64,000 bases of DNA from sequence record MW021758.1; one strand, written 5' to 3'. Position numbers and translations under genes: made by a program. Under the pieces are notes generated by a model. That model saw nothing but the letters and a program-made list of their open reading frames with translations. It was not told the DNA's origin and ran no database searches. The first letter of the stretch is position 1. Each line of letters begins with the position of its first letter. Below, piece by piece: positions 8,404-18,765 of this stretch.

Positions 8404-10395
8404 TTACGCCTTTATCTCAGTACCGTTACGGCGATGCTTACGACGCCAACCCTCTACATCCACAAGTAGATAATCAAATGGATGCGAAGGTCTAACTGGG
8501 TTCGTGTAACTGCTCGCAGACTGAAGCATTTCATACTGCTGCTCGTAACTGGACTTAACGGACAAGGAGCGCCCGTTCATAATGTTGGATTTAGAATCAA
8601 ACCAACGCCCAGTTCCTTTCTTCGGCAGACGATAATCGCCGTTGGCAGGATCACGAGACATCATCGCATAGAGTACCATTTCGACGATTGCCAAGTTAAC
8701 CGAGAACTTACGGTTAGTCATCTCACACATGTCCTTCATGGCCATGGACAGAATGTCCGGGTCAGTCAGGTCATAGCGCAGCTTAGCTTTCGATTCTTTG
8801 GTAGACATGAACAATGCAGACTTCAGTTCAGCCATCAGCTCCAGGGTAGATTGGTGACGTTCTGGGAATCGCAGGATGGACTCTGTGTTATCCCAGTTAG
8901 TCATGTCGATCTTAATCTTCTTCCCTAACGTTTCATAACCGTAATCCAGCATGTGCTTAACCATCACTTCCGTCAGGAACGGACGATAGGAGCCATGGGA
9001 TGTAGGTACGATGACTGTCGTGATAGACTTATCTTCATCGTCGTTATGGATCAGCAATGTCAAACTACGAATAACAGAGAAGCGTGCCAGCTCTGCGTTA
9101 CTCAGGTTCTTCATTACAGTGATGTCGGACAGACGAGGGATATCAGCCAGATCAATTTCGATCTCTACGCGTTTATCCCAAACACCCGTGGAGAACATGA
9201 TCTCGGAGATGTCACCGGCGTTAACCAGATACTCCGAATAGAACGGATCTACTTCAAAGCCTTCACTGGTCGCAGAGATCAATAAGTGCTTCGTTGAGAT
9301 TACGTCCTGAGATACACGTTCGTTCTGAGTTACAGTACAGGCATGACCGAGGTTGGTACCGCGCTGGATGGACTCACCGATATCACCCATACAGGTGCTA
9401 CAGATTACCCCATCGTCCGGATGCCAACAGCTGGCTACGTTACGCAGCTGAATGACTTTACCACGGAGATGACGATCGCTCGGCTTGATCATCTTCAACG
9501 TGCCGTCTTCTGCTACATAGCGTTTCCCTGGCAGGATTGTATCCAGCTCATCAGCTTCCACTAACCACGGAACTGTCTCGGTGGAACCACAGTCACCAAC
9601 CCAGATACTTTTCACGACGAACGTAAAGAGCTGCAGCTCTCGGTTATAATACTCAGTTTGTTTTACCGGGTCATCGGTTGCTTGCATCGCTTTAGATGCA
9701 TCTCGACTACACATCAGATAATGAGACAGCCGATGTAGACCGCGAGAGAACCCAGACGATACCATGGTTGGGAAAATGGTCTGATCGATCTCAGAACAGA
9801 ATCCCCTGGCGCCGACTACCTGGTCAAACTGAGCGATCTTGATTTGTTTGTTGCGGTTAGCTGCAACCATCGGATTGAACCGAAGACTCGGTTTATCCAT
9901 CAAGACCTTATTGATACGAGAGTACAGTTCGTTAATCCCCGCCTTGGTGTGGCGGGTTTCGTTCAACGCTTTAGAGATATCCGGATCTCTGTGGATTTGC
10001 AACAACGCCAGTGCATCTACAGAAGCCTGATAACTTTCCCCTTCAGACGAGAATGCGTTGTGAAGCATGTTAGACAACCGATATGCAGTCGCTTGCAGAT
10101 CTTCACGATCGGTTTCCGGATGCACCGCTAGAACAGAGTTCATGCCGCGGTTACGGAGCTTGTCTTCCATGCCAGGTTCCAGTCGATCGTCCCAAAGGAA
10201 GTGCTTCAGTTCCAATGGTACGTTCGGATATTCCCGGTGATACTGCCAGAAATACCAGGATACTAAAACCTGTTCCCAATGAGTTGGTAACTCACCATCA
10301 TCAAAGACGATAATGAATTCCTCTGGGTCTTCTGCGTGTGCCCAGATCTCACGTTCTTGCCAGTTAACTAATTCACGAGCGTAACGGGTTTTCAC
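8404..10395 (-). CDS. nvRNAP beta'-like subunit, C-terminal part (phiKZ gp74-like)
   Basis: VGARG, bridge-helix-like YLMCSRDASK..TEYYNREL, Zn site C..CWHP..ICSTCMG, trigger-loop-like ERVSQDVISTKH. Confidence 0.85.
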   Translation of the reverse strand: MKTRYARELVNWQEREIWAHAEDPEEFIIVFDDGELPTHWEQVLVSWYFWQYHREYPNVPLELKHFLWDDRLEPGMEDKLRNRGMNSVLAVHPETDREDLQATAYRLSNMLHNAFSSEGESYQASVDALALLQIHRDPDISKALNETRHTKAGINELYSRINKVLMDKPSLRFNPMVAANRNKQIKIAQFDQVVGARGFCSEIDQTIFPTMVSSGFSRGLHRLSHYLMCSRDASKAMQATDDPVKQTEYYNRELQLFTFVVKSIWVGDCGSTETVPWLVEADELDTILPGKRYVAEDGTLKMIKPSDRHLRGKVIQLRNVASCWHPDDGVICSTCMGDIGESIQRGTNLGHACTVTQNERVSQDVISTKHLLISATSEGFEVDPFYSEYLVNAGDISEIMFSTGVWDKRVEIEIDLADIPRLSDITVMKNLSNAELARFSVIRSLTLLIHNDDEDKSITTVIVPTSHGSYRPFLTEVMVKHMLDYGYETLGKKIKIDMTNWDNTESILRFPERHQSTLELMAELKSALFMSTKESKAKLRYDLTDPDILSMAMKDMCEMTNRKFSVNLAIVEMVLYAMMSRDPANGDYRLPKKGTGRWFDSKSNIMNGRSLSVKSSYEQQYEMLQSASSYTNPVRPSHPFDYLLVDVEGWRRKHRRNGTEIKA

Positions 10396-12641
10396 TCTTC
10401 TTCACCTTCATCGTCGTAGTCAGCTTCAGGTTCAATGTACTCTTCTTCGTCCTCATCCTCGACGACTTCTTCCAAGGACTTAGCCAATGAACTTACCCGT
10501 GGGCGGTTGATTGGATCAGGGTATTTACGAAGCATCTCGATTTCCAGATCCGATGCAGTATCGACTTCAGCATATGCGAACTGAGCGCCGTTACAATACA
10601 TCGCATTGTTCAGATAACTCAGAGACAACGAGTTGCCGACTGGGATCTGATTACGATCGATAGTGATGTCCAGATCGGTTGGACGTTCATTCTCGATAAC
10701 CTGTTTCCAGATTGCTTCTTGAGCTTTCGGATTGTTTGCACGATCCAACATATCGGCAGCCCAGTCACCACCCAGGATACCTGAATAGTTACGGATCTCT
10801 GCTTCACCGAAGAATCGGAGCGGAGACTGACGATATGGTAAGTTGTGCTTATCGCGAGCACTCACCTTAGTTGGAACGCCGTGTACCTGACGTTTCGGTA
10901 CATCGACTGCAGACCAGTCGTGACCAGTTTTCTCGAGCACCATGATATACATGTCTCCGATCATTACTGGATCAACACTACGTTCTTCACGACCCAAATC
11001 GCCGATCCAGGTTACATGCTCTACCTTAGAAGGTAACGCATCTTCAACCCGACCAATTTGCTCAATACCTAACCCAGGAGTATTCGGCGGCATATACGCA
11101 AAGATCTTATCGTCATAGACAGCTTTCACATGCTCACGACGACGCTTCTCCGACCAGTTCTGAGAAACGATCTTGTTGTAATACAGCGGAACACCTGCCT
11201 GATAATACGTCATCAGAATATCGAAGGCATCTTCCCAACGATCCTGATCAACGAAGTCCCGGACTTTCTTCTCAACCTCTTCGGCCTTATAGTTCATGTA
11301 ATGCTCGAACAAGACCGACGGGTTCATACGGTTGATAGTACTTAAGCCATCGCCGATGAAATCAGCAACTGTACCATCAGGATAAGTTGGCATCTCCGAA
11401 CGCGGTTTAATGCGACAGATTACGCCCTTGCCACCGTACATATTGGTTAATTTGAAACCGATCGTCGGCACGATATCGTACATGAAACGAATCGCAATAC
11501 GCACCGTTGGGATCGGAGTGTTCTTGTAACGATAACGACGCTTCCCTGGTTTGGTCAGCATGAAGTCACGGGAGTCTGTAATGAACCGATGAAGTGCACG
11601 GCTCAGACGAGGTTTCCCACGGCTACGGTTCTTGATCAGCGTATAGGCAGCATCCACTTGCTTGTGGAACTTCTGCTTAGCTTTCCAGAACTTGTCGATA
11701 TAGTCAGACTCATTCGGACCAGTGGCTTCAAACGTCGGCATCTTATCAACGCCGTCGCCATCAGTACACCAGATATCGACATCCAGTACACGGGCATTCA
11801 GAGAACCCGCCTCGATGTAATAACGCTCATCGAAGAAGTGATCCACTGTACCCATGGCGTCTTCGGTCATCTCTACCGCACCCAGGATATCGTCATAATC
11901 CCGAAGAGATGCAATCAGTCCATCTGGACGGATCTTATCACCCGGACCTGGGAACGGAATATACGATCCTTTCGACCCATAGCTGTTAGTCAGATACTTA
12001 CCCTTAGGTACGTTGATGACAATCTCGCCATAGCCAGTCGTAGTGTTTTCCTCACACCACTCCTGAGACACCATGAAACCATCCTCGGTAACATAGTGCG
12101 ACGACATGAACGCCGTTTTGGTTGGGGTACCGAAGATATAGTCGCCCTCAGGCATAACACCAGGACTTTTTGTCAACCAGGTATTTGCTTGAAGTACGTT
12201 ACCCGCTTGAGTACGGAACATCGCTTCTTCATTGATGTCGAACTCAAAACCAAAGTTATTGTGATGAGAGCAATACTTAGTGACTTCCATCAAGTCATAT
12301 TCTTGCTTCTTCACGTTGAAGACGAACAGATACCGAGTTGGGTTATATTTGAAACTACGCTCACCGAACCCGACATTATATTTATCGATTGCTGCGATGA
12401 TCTCTACCGGCTCGTCCACTTTAACGCCAAAAGTATACTTGGCATATTCGTGTTCAACACCGGTGAAGAATCGTTGACGCTTCAGTCCTTTGGTCAACAG
12501 CTTCTGCTGAATCTGAGAACCTAACATCACCAGACGACTTGGAGATGTACACGGAGCATACGGTGCCAAGTTGGTCGCTGTTCCCGCTACCCTTACGTCC
12601 ACTTGTCCTTGCTCTAGTTCCGACATCTGATATTCAGTCAT
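10392..12641 (-). CDS. nvRNAP beta-like subunit, C-terminal part (phiKZ gp71-73-like), uninterrupted here
   Basis: GFKLTNMYGGKGVI, NRMNPS and RFFGEAEIR match conserved beta regions; start moved to ATG 12641 after GAGGAG. Confidence 0.9.
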   Translation of the reverse strand: MTEYQMSELEQGQVDVRVAGTATNLAPYAPCTSPSRLVMLGSQIQQKLLTKGLKRQRFFTGVEHEYAKYTFGVKVDEPVEIIAAIDKYNVGFGERSFKYNPTRYLFVFNVKKQEYDLMEVTKYCSHHNNFGFEFDINEEAMFRTQAGNVLQANTWLTKSPGVMPEGDYIFGTPTKTAFMSSHYVTEDGFMVSQEWCEENTTTGYGEIVINVPKGKYLTNSYGSKGSYIPFPGPGDKIRPDGLIASLRDYDDILGAVEMTEDAMGTVDHFFDERYYIEAGSLNARVLDVDIWCTDGDGVDKMPTFEATGPNESDYIDKFWKAKQKFHKQVDAAYTLIKNRSRGKPRLSRALHRFITDSRDFMLTKPGKRRYRYKNTPIPTVRIAIRFMYDIVPTIGFKLTNMYGGKGVICRIKPRSEMPTYPDGTVADFIGDGLSTINRMNPSVLFEHYMNYKAEEVEKKVRDFVDQDRWEDAFDILMTYYQAGVPLYYNKIVSQNWSEKRRREHVKAVYDDKIFAYMPPNTPGLGIEQIGRVEDALPSKVEHVTWIGDLGREERSVDPVMIGDMYIMVLEKTGHDWSAVDVPKRQVHGVPTKVSARDKHNLPYRQSPLRFFGEAEIRNYSGILGGDWAADMLDRANNPKAQEAIWKQVIENERPTDLDITIDRNQIPVGNSLSLSYLNNAMYCNGAQFAYAEVDTASDLEIEMLRKYPDPINRPRVSSLAKSLEEVVEDEDEEEYIEPEADYDDEGEEE

Positions 12642-12725
12642 ACGCTCCTCGATGGAATAGTGAATAATACGGGTGTTGGCTTTTAAACCAACACCTTTCT
12701 TTTGTTTTGATTTACCTATCATTTA

Positions 12726-12737
12726 GGTAATATATAC
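12726..12737 (-). promoter_or_regulatory. Putative early promoter core upstream of the beta subunit
   Basis: GTATATATTACC on the minus strand, preceded by ATTTCAT. Confidence 0.55.
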
Positions 12738-12761
12738 ATGAAATCATTTTAGGAAATCATC

Positions 12762-13109
12762 ATGGCGACTAACTTAATCGACGCAATGAATAATCCTGGG
12801 CCAGCTATCTACTACGAACGCGGGTTCTACAATATCGTAGAAGATCATTTGCAGTGGCTCCAAGATCCGGCAAACTCTAATCTTCACAAAGTCAGCGGGA
12901 TGGAAGCTCACCGTTATTACGGCCGCTTTTATGCATTCCTTCGCGATGTAGTGAACGCCAATAAACCGGAGTACTACTACACGATCCTCAGAGTTAATAA
13001 CATGACCTCACCGATTCAGTTCGATGAGAATTGGCATGAGATACTCATCCCTAAAGATGGTAAGATTGAAACCCTGATGGAAAAGTATTTGGCCTTTAAA
13101 GCCAGTTAA
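12762..13109 (+). CDS. Conserved-looking hypothetical protein, possibly LysM-like or baseplate-associated
   Basis: 115 aa, AGGA RBS, YYTILRVNNMTSP resembles a LysM-type helix-loop. Confidence 0.6.
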   Translation: MATNLIDAMNNPGPAIYYERGFYNIVEDHLQWLQDPANSNLHKVSGMEAHRYYGRFYAFLRDVVNANKPEYYYTILRVNNMTSPIQFDENWHEILIPKDGKIETLMEKYLAFKAS

Positions 13110-13211
13110 CAAATCAAGTGTAGCCGGCGTAAATTGCGACCTATTTACGTAAAAAAATAAATCGACTAAGCATAGATCCCCTCTCTACCTATTAAGGTAG
13201 AGAGGGCTATG

Positions 13212-13436
13212 TCAGAACCAACGAACGACTTCTGCTTCGGTGGAGTTGGAATACTGTTGGACTTCTTCAACCGAGATATCCAATACGGCTGCGATAGTTT
13301 CATCGTCAATCGATTTCTCTTTTGCAACCTGAACCTGGCGCCACAGAGATAGCTCAAGAACTTCCCCGTATAACAGAACAGCTTCTTTCACAATACCGCT
13401 AACTTCTTTACATCCAGACATAGTTTCCTCGAACAA
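13212..13436 (-). CDS. Small protein with a possible helix-turn-helix
   Basis: DETIAAVLDISVEEVQQY; lies between two terminator hairpins. Confidence 0.45.
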   Translation of the reverse strand: MFEETMSGCKEVSGIVKEAVLLYGEVLELSLWRQVQVAKEKSIDDETIAAVLDISVEEVQQYSNSTEAEVVRWF

Positions 13437-13474
13437 AATAGGGAGGAGGGCTTTACCCCTCCTCTATGTTTAAC

Positions 13475-14800
13475 TTACCAACGGCGACGAGTACTTACGT
13501 TGTCGAACCAGGAATCGTCATTACCGCCGCGAGTATCTCGGCGATCATCGCGACTGAACCGGTCTTCACGGCTATAGCGGTCGTCTCGACGACCGAATCC
13601 GCGGTCATCACGTTCATCACGATAGCGACTATCCCGGCCACGATCACGATCGTCGTAGCGATCATCACGACGGCTGCGATAACGATCTTCACGACCATAT
13701 CCGCGATCGTCGTCCCGACCAGCGCGACCACGCCAGCTAACAGTTCTTTCATCTTCACGACTTTCTTCCTGACGCACGAAGCGGTTACCTTCGTCACGAG
13801 GACGCAGGATACTCTGGCGACCTGCAGACACTTCACGACGCAGAGTACGACGCTCTTCACGTTTAACTTTCTCTTCCTGACGAGACTTCATCTCAGCGAG
13901 TTCATCTTCATTCGCTTCACCGATATTACCGTCCAGTGGCGGGATATCGTTTTTGTAGTCGTTCAGGTCGGCCATGTTTTTCACCCAGTTGGTCTGGATG
14001 ATACAACCTTCCAGCTCCGCGAAGTCTTCGCAGAATACTTTGGTGACCTTGTTCAGGTCATTGGCCAGCAGAGAGAACGCCATCATCAAACTGTGGAAGT
14101 TTGGCGCTACCTGAGAACGGCTACCGTAAGAATAGTCGTCCATGGAAGTATCGATGTTCGGGAAGATCCGACGCATCACCTTGAAGAAAGTACTGCGATC
14201 ACGAACCAGGAACGGTACGTCGAAGATTTTCTTTTCCGGAGAATGTTCTTCATCCATGATCGGGAAGGTGGTCGTACAGACACGAGGATATTCCTCACCC
14301 TTCCACAGGCCGCTACGTTTCACGAACATGTTGACCAGGGCATACTGACCTTTGAAGTCTACTTTCTCCTGGATCAGTTTTTGCACCGCAGTCAGCGTCT
14401 TCTTGGTCACGTCCGGCACGTCGCGCAGATACTCACGTTGTTCCGGAGTCAACTGCGGGTGTTTGTCAGTATCCAGCGCCAGCGTGAAGATGAAGTTCAG
14501 CAGAGTGCAGGTTACGCGATATACCCGATTAGAAACCGCCAGCGCCAGACGTTCCTGGACTTCGGATTTCTTACGACGTACGTTCTCAGACAGAGGATGG
14601 AACGGGATCTGGTTATCGTAGTCCGGATTCTTCAACCACTCATCGGTCGGGATGGTCAGTTGCTTACCTTTGATCGTGAACGGGGTTTTCACCCCGGCCT
14701 CGTTCAGTAGTACGTGCATCTTGGAATCAACTTCGAAACCTAATGCGATCATGATCTCTTTATAGATCGTAGTCAGTTTCTTTTTGTTCTCTGCGCTCAT
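13475..14800 (-). CDS. Core hypothetical protein (phiKZ gp70 position) with an Arg/Asp-rich low-complexity C-terminal tail
   Basis: 441 aa; synteny; RDDRY/RDDRG repeats. Confidence 0.75.
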   Translation of the reverse strand: MSAENKKKLTTIYKEIMIALGFEVDSKMHVLLNEAGVKTPFTIKGKQLTIPTDEWLKNPDYDNQIPFHPLSENVRRKKSEVQERLALAVSNRVYRVTCTLLNFIFTLALDTDKHPQLTPEQREYLRDVPDVTKKTLTAVQKLIQEKVDFKGQYALVNMFVKRSGLWKGEEYPRVCTTTFPIMDEEHSPEKKIFDVPFLVRDRSTFFKVMRRIFPNIDTSMDDYSYGSRSQVAPNFHSLMMAFSLLANDLNKVTKVFCEDFAELEGCIIQTNWVKNMADLNDYKNDIPPLDGNIGEANEDELAEMKSRQEEKVKREERRTLRREVSAGRQSILRPRDEGNRFVRQEESREDERTVSWRGRAGRDDDRGYGREDRYRSRRDDRYDDRDRGRDSRYRDERDDRGFGRRDDRYSREDRFSRDDRRDTRGGNDDSWFDNVSTRRRW

Positions 14801-14832
14801 TATACTTTACTCTCTTTTAAAATTGGGTTGGA

Positions 14833-16326
14833 TTAATAACCGTCGCGGTCGAAGTAGTCGCGAGTTGGCTCATCAGTTTCAGCACGCATTTGGTCTACGA
14901 CATCGTCGATGATTGCACTCAGATCGTTACCGATCTTAGCTGCCTGATCGTAGTCAGGAGTTTTCATCGGAGAAGTCAAACCATCACAGAAGCACGGAGC
15001 TACGAACTCTTCGTCCTCATCACCTTCAATGCTGATGGTGATTTTGATATCGGTGATGACAGAACAGTCGATCTGAACATCGATCAACATTTGGTTGTTG
15101 TGCGATACCACTTCGCCGACTTGCAGAACCAGCAGGTCTTCCAGCGGAGTCAGATACGGAGTTACGTCCATACCTGGGATCATTGCACGAGGGCCTTCTA
15201 CCAGCGCTTTCATTTCACCAGTCAATGTATCATTAGTGATCTTAATGATAGCATCGGAGATGAAGTGTTGCATCATCAACGCCGGAACAGATTGCGCGAT
15301 GATAGATGCTGCGATGGTCTTACGGTCAGAGCCTTTCCAGTCGCTACCACGACCACGTTCGTAACCAGTATAGCCACGTTTACCCACTTCGCCGGCATCG
15401 ATGAAGCGCGTTGCACGCTCATCCCAATCGGTGCAGTCTGCAAACTCACGCAGAGTGATGGAACCACTTACGCCGAAATCACAGCTGGCCAGGAATTCCA
15501 TGAACAGTGTGTTTGAACCGATATCGTTCGGCATAGTTGCCGCTGCTGCATGTTCTGCTGGAGTCAGCTCTTCTGCCGCAAAACGAGATTCGACATTGAA
15601 CTCCGGCTGAGTGTTAGTTTCAGCCATGATCCCTGCACGAAGAACGCGAGACAGATAGTTGGACGCATTGTTATCAGTACGACGACCCAGTTTGATTTCG
15701 TTACCGAGATCGCCACGAGTATCGATGATTTCGTCACTACCGCCCAGGAAGCGAGTTTGTTCTGCAATAGAACGGTTATTGAAGATATCGTTTGGACGAA
15801 GCAGACGTTCAGGTTCGTCAAAGCCCAGACGACGAGTACGGTCGTTACGCAGCGCGTTTGGTCGGATGATGTAATCGTTGCTCTCAATACGAGAACGACG
15901 AGTATTACCACGACCGGTGCTGAACACGGTATCTGCGATAGTGGTGGAGTTGTTGACATACAGCAACATCTCATCATCCAGAGAACCACTTACACGAGAC
16001 ACGCCGTTATAGTCAGTATAGCCAGTCAATACCTGACGACGACTACGACCATTATAATCGTCGATCAGTACAGTGATGATGAAACTGAGACGTTTTTCGC
16101 CCCAGCCGCCTGGGATTACGATTTCGCCACGGTGACGAGATTGCATCGTGATCGCAGAACCCACAGAACGGGACAATGCAGTCGGTGACAAGTTACGACC
16201 GTTGTTGGTGTTACGCAACAGGTCATTCGATACATCTCCGTCGAAGTGAGTATCGAAAGAACGAGAGAACTGATCATCGTAGTTAGAAGATTCGAAGAAG
16301 ATTGCGTCGATAACTTGAGGTTTCAT
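14833..16326 (-). CDS. Probable phage-nucleus import factor (PicA/Imp1, phiKZ gp69 position)
   Basis: 497 aa, directly after the sigma-like subunit; called by synteny only. Confidence 0.55.
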   Translation of the reverse strand: MKPQVIDAIFFESSNYDDQFSRSFDTHFDGDVSNDLLRNTNNGRNLSPTALSRSVGSAITMQSRHRGEIVIPGGWGEKRLSFIITVLIDDYNGRSRRQVLTGYTDYNGVSRVSGSLDDEMLLYVNNSTTIADTVFSTGRGNTRRSRIESNDYIIRPNALRNDRTRRLGFDEPERLLRPNDIFNNRSIAEQTRFLGGSDEIIDTRGDLGNEIKLGRRTDNNASNYLSRVLRAGIMAETNTQPEFNVESRFAAEELTPAEHAAAATMPNDIGSNTLFMEFLASCDFGVSGSITLREFADCTDWDERATRFIDAGEVGKRGYTGYERGRGSDWKGSDRKTIAASIIAQSVPALMMQHFISDAIIKITNDTLTGEMKALVEGPRAMIPGMDVTPYLTPLEDLLVLQVGEVVSHNNQMLIDVQIDCSVITDIKITISIEGDEDEEFVAPCFCDGLTSPMKTPDYDQAAKIGNDLSAIIDDVVDQMRAETDEPTRDYFDRDGY

Positions 16327-16358
16327 TTATTGTCTTTCCTTTTCTTAGTCGATTTATT

Positions 16359-17876
16359 TTACAGGCCAGTTGGGCCGTTTAATGCAACGATGAAGTCAGC
16401 CAGGATCAGTCGGATATCGCTAGGGATAACCATACCGCCTTCCCGAATAACCATCTTGGAGCTTTCCGCAATGACGTCATCGGTATCACGATACCAATAA
16501 TAGCCTGCGAATTTACTTGTTAATGTTTCAATGGCAATTGTGCCCGGATCTTTCAATACCGTCTTAGAGCCAGTACCCGCTTTTACTTGGCGACGATATG
16601 GATAGATGGTTGCCAGTATAGTTTTGTGGTGATCTTTGATCTGCTCGCTACCAGAGATCGTATTACACGGCTCACCGCGACTTGCACCTAACAGATCAGC
16701 CAGAGTAGAGAACCCTTTCTGATGCAGATAGGTCTGAGCTACCGACAACATGTTAATCGCACCGGTACGATCGGTGTGAGGCATTGCACGAGTCGGGTTA
16801 ATTTTCGCTAACGTCAGTGCCGTTAACTTAACTTGCTCTTCGGTCGGGTTGAAATACTTACGGAGCGAGTTACGACGAACCAGTCGTTTCAACAGATCCA
16901 GATCGATATCGTTCATCAACCGACGACCCATCAACGCCGCATCTGCTGCAGAATAGTCGAACTCAATTCGAGTACCATCACTGATACGTTCCTTGGGCTT
17001 ATAACTTTCCGCTGTAGACGAGTTGTCTTCTTCGCTACCGTTCGCCGACGTAAACGTCTTAGGACGAACATCTCCTTTCTTACGGTTCTGGTCAGGGCTC
17101 AGTTTAGCCCGAGTTTGTGCCCAGAGCGTAGAGATCAGGTTAACTGTTTGCTCTTTGTTCGCATCGTCGTTGTGAGACACTACCGCAGCTGCCAGTCGTT
17201 CTACCATCATCAGACTGAAGATCCACTCCGGCATGTCCAACGTCCCGATACCTTCGAGAATGTTTCTCATGCCCGGATCGTTATCCGATGCGATATAATC
17301 CACGAATACGCGGAACCGCTGGAATGGAGCACTCTCTTCAATACCACTACGTTGCAGCAACGCCATGGATACTACTTCCTGCTGGTTCTCACGCAACCCC
17401 AGTTTGAGCATGGTATACTCAGACCAGATCGGCAACATGAACTTCAGGATTACCGACAGAGACGTCAGCTGACGATAGTCGTCACGCAGATACGTTTGCT
17501 CAGGTCGGTCACGCTCATCCATTTCGTCTTTCAGGTTATCTGGAAAACGAATCTGAGAACGCGTTCTTACCCAGTGATCAACCAGGTCGATCGGATGATA
17601 CTTCGCGATCTTAATGACTTCCTTGTTGATGATACTGAACAGGACGTTTGGATCGAATACTACACCGAGCACATCGCGGATATTCCTGAACGCCTGGAAG
17701 ATCGCAGCCTGCTCTTCTTCTGGACGCCACCGCCAGAAATCGTTGATGTCCCGAAACATTTCCGCGTTTACCTTCTTGTAATAACGCATGTCCCAGACCA
17801 ACGGCTCTTCTCCGGGATGTCCCATCAAAACGAGCTTTTGTTTCTCGTCGATTTCCGGATCAAAATAGATTTCCAT
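16359..17876 (-). CDS. Probable nvRNAP promoter-specificity (sigma-like) subunit, phiKZ gp68-like
   Basis: 505 aa, mostly helical; position and size in the core block. Confidence 0.65.
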   Translation of the reverse strand: MEIYFDPEIDEKQKLVLMGHPGEEPLVWDMRYYKKVNAEMFRDINDFWRWRPEEEQAAIFQAFRNIRDVLGVVFDPNVLFSIINKEVIKIAKYHPIDLVDHWVRTRSQIRFPDNLKDEMDERDRPEQTYLRDDYRQLTSLSVILKFMLPIWSEYTMLKLGLRENQQEVVSMALLQRSGIEESAPFQRFRVFVDYIASDNDPGMRNILEGIGTLDMPEWIFSLMMVERLAAAVVSHNDDANKEQTVNLISTLWAQTRAKLSPDQNRKKGDVRPKTFTSANGSEEDNSSTAESYKPKERISDGTRIEFDYSAADAALMGRRLMNDIDLDLLKRLVRRNSLRKYFNPTEEQVKLTALTLAKINPTRAMPHTDRTGAINMLSVAQTYLHQKGFSTLADLLGASRGEPCNTISGSEQIKDHHKTILATIYPYRRQVKAGTGSKTVLKDPGTIAIETLTSKFAGYYWYRDTDDVIAESSKMVIREGGMVIPSDIRLILADFIVALNGPTGL

Positions 17877-17913
17877 GAAGTCTCCTGTAGACCATTTGGT
17901 TTGTTATCAATTA

Positions 17914-17925
17914 GGTAATATATAC
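17914..17925 (-). promoter_or_regulatory. Putative early promoter core
   Basis: TTTTCAC-GTATATATTACC on the minus strand, ~40 nt upstream of ATG 17876. Confidence 0.6.
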
Positions 17926-17979
17926 GTGAAAAATAGTAGAGACTGCTGAGGGCAAGTAGCCCTCAGCAGCTTTACCGTA

Positions 17980-18765
17980 TTACCACGGAATGTCGTTATC
18001 GAAGCCGCCATCGGCTGGAGGAGCAGATTGTTGCTGTTGCTGACCGCCGCCCCAGCTATTGCCGCCGCCGTTACCACCACCATTTCCGCCCCATGAATTT
18101 CCGCCGCCACCCTGGCGACCTTGGTTCTGGCTGAAGCGTGCTTGGTTGGCGCGTTTCTTCGCTTCCTTTGCTTGCTCCAGTTCAGGAGCGTCCAGGTATG
18201 CGCTTTGCATCAGATAGTTGATGTGGCTTTCCCACATGTTCGCACGAGCGATTGCGAAGATTTTGCTGGTGACCGAGTTATCGAACACTTCACCTGCACG
18301 GTTGCGCAGAACGGTCATGCGCGGACCGGTGAAGTAGAACTTCACGTTATCGCGGCCTTTCTGAGTGATCCCGATGAATACACCTTCCTGGTCTTTCCCG
18401 ACCACGATCATGAATTCGGTTTCTGGACGATCCAGTTTCTTACCGAACATGAACGTAGTCATGACTTCCATTTTGACCATACCGTCAGGGATCTGGTCGT
18501 TAGCTACCATGCGGATAGCTTCGCACAGCGCGTTGAACTGAACCAGGTTAGGGAAGAAGTCGATCTTACCGTCTTTACCGCCTTTGCGCAGGTTTACACC
18601 CATCTGGATATCGCGAACTTTATCCTGATGATTGTAGCGGAAATCAATAAACAGGAATGGTTCTTTACCATCGCTGTTTTGAGTAGCCGGAGCAAACAGG
18701 CGACATGCCCAATCATCGAGTGCACGTTCGCGACGACCCAGGCTATAAGACTTTTGTTCTGCCAT
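17980..18765 (-). CDS. Probable ChmC-type nucleic-acid-binding protein (phiKZ gp67 position) with a Gly/Asn/Gln tail
   Basis: Beta-rich N-terminal domain, G/N/Q low-complexity tail ending GGFDNDIPW; synteny; start moved to ATG 18765. Confidence 0.6.
   Translation of the reverse strand: MAEQKSYSLGRRERALDDWACRLFAPATQNSDGKEPFLFIDFRYNHQDKVRDIQMGVNLRKGGKDGKIDFFPNLVQFNALCEAIRMVANDQIPDGMVKMEVMTTFMFGKKLDRPETEFMIVVGKDQEGVFIGITQKGRDNVKFYFTGPRMTVLRNRAGEVFDNSVTSKIFAIARANMWESHINYLMQSAYLDAPELEQAKEAKKRANQARFSQNQGRQGGGGNSWGGNGGGNGGGNSWGGGQQQQQSAPPADGGFDNDIPW

Noticed and set aside
12642-12722. Track N-terminal extension of the beta subunit
   Set aside because: The ATG at 12722 sits 4 nt from the promoter motif with no RBS, while ATG 12641 has GAGGAG. 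Similar extensions were trimmed for several other genes.
13540-13760. Short repeated DNA units that might be a CRISPR array or tandem repeat locus
   Set aside because: They are in-frame codons of the Arg/Asp-rich protein tail, with no constant repeat-spacer period. No CRISPR array, tRNA or rRNA was seen in the window.
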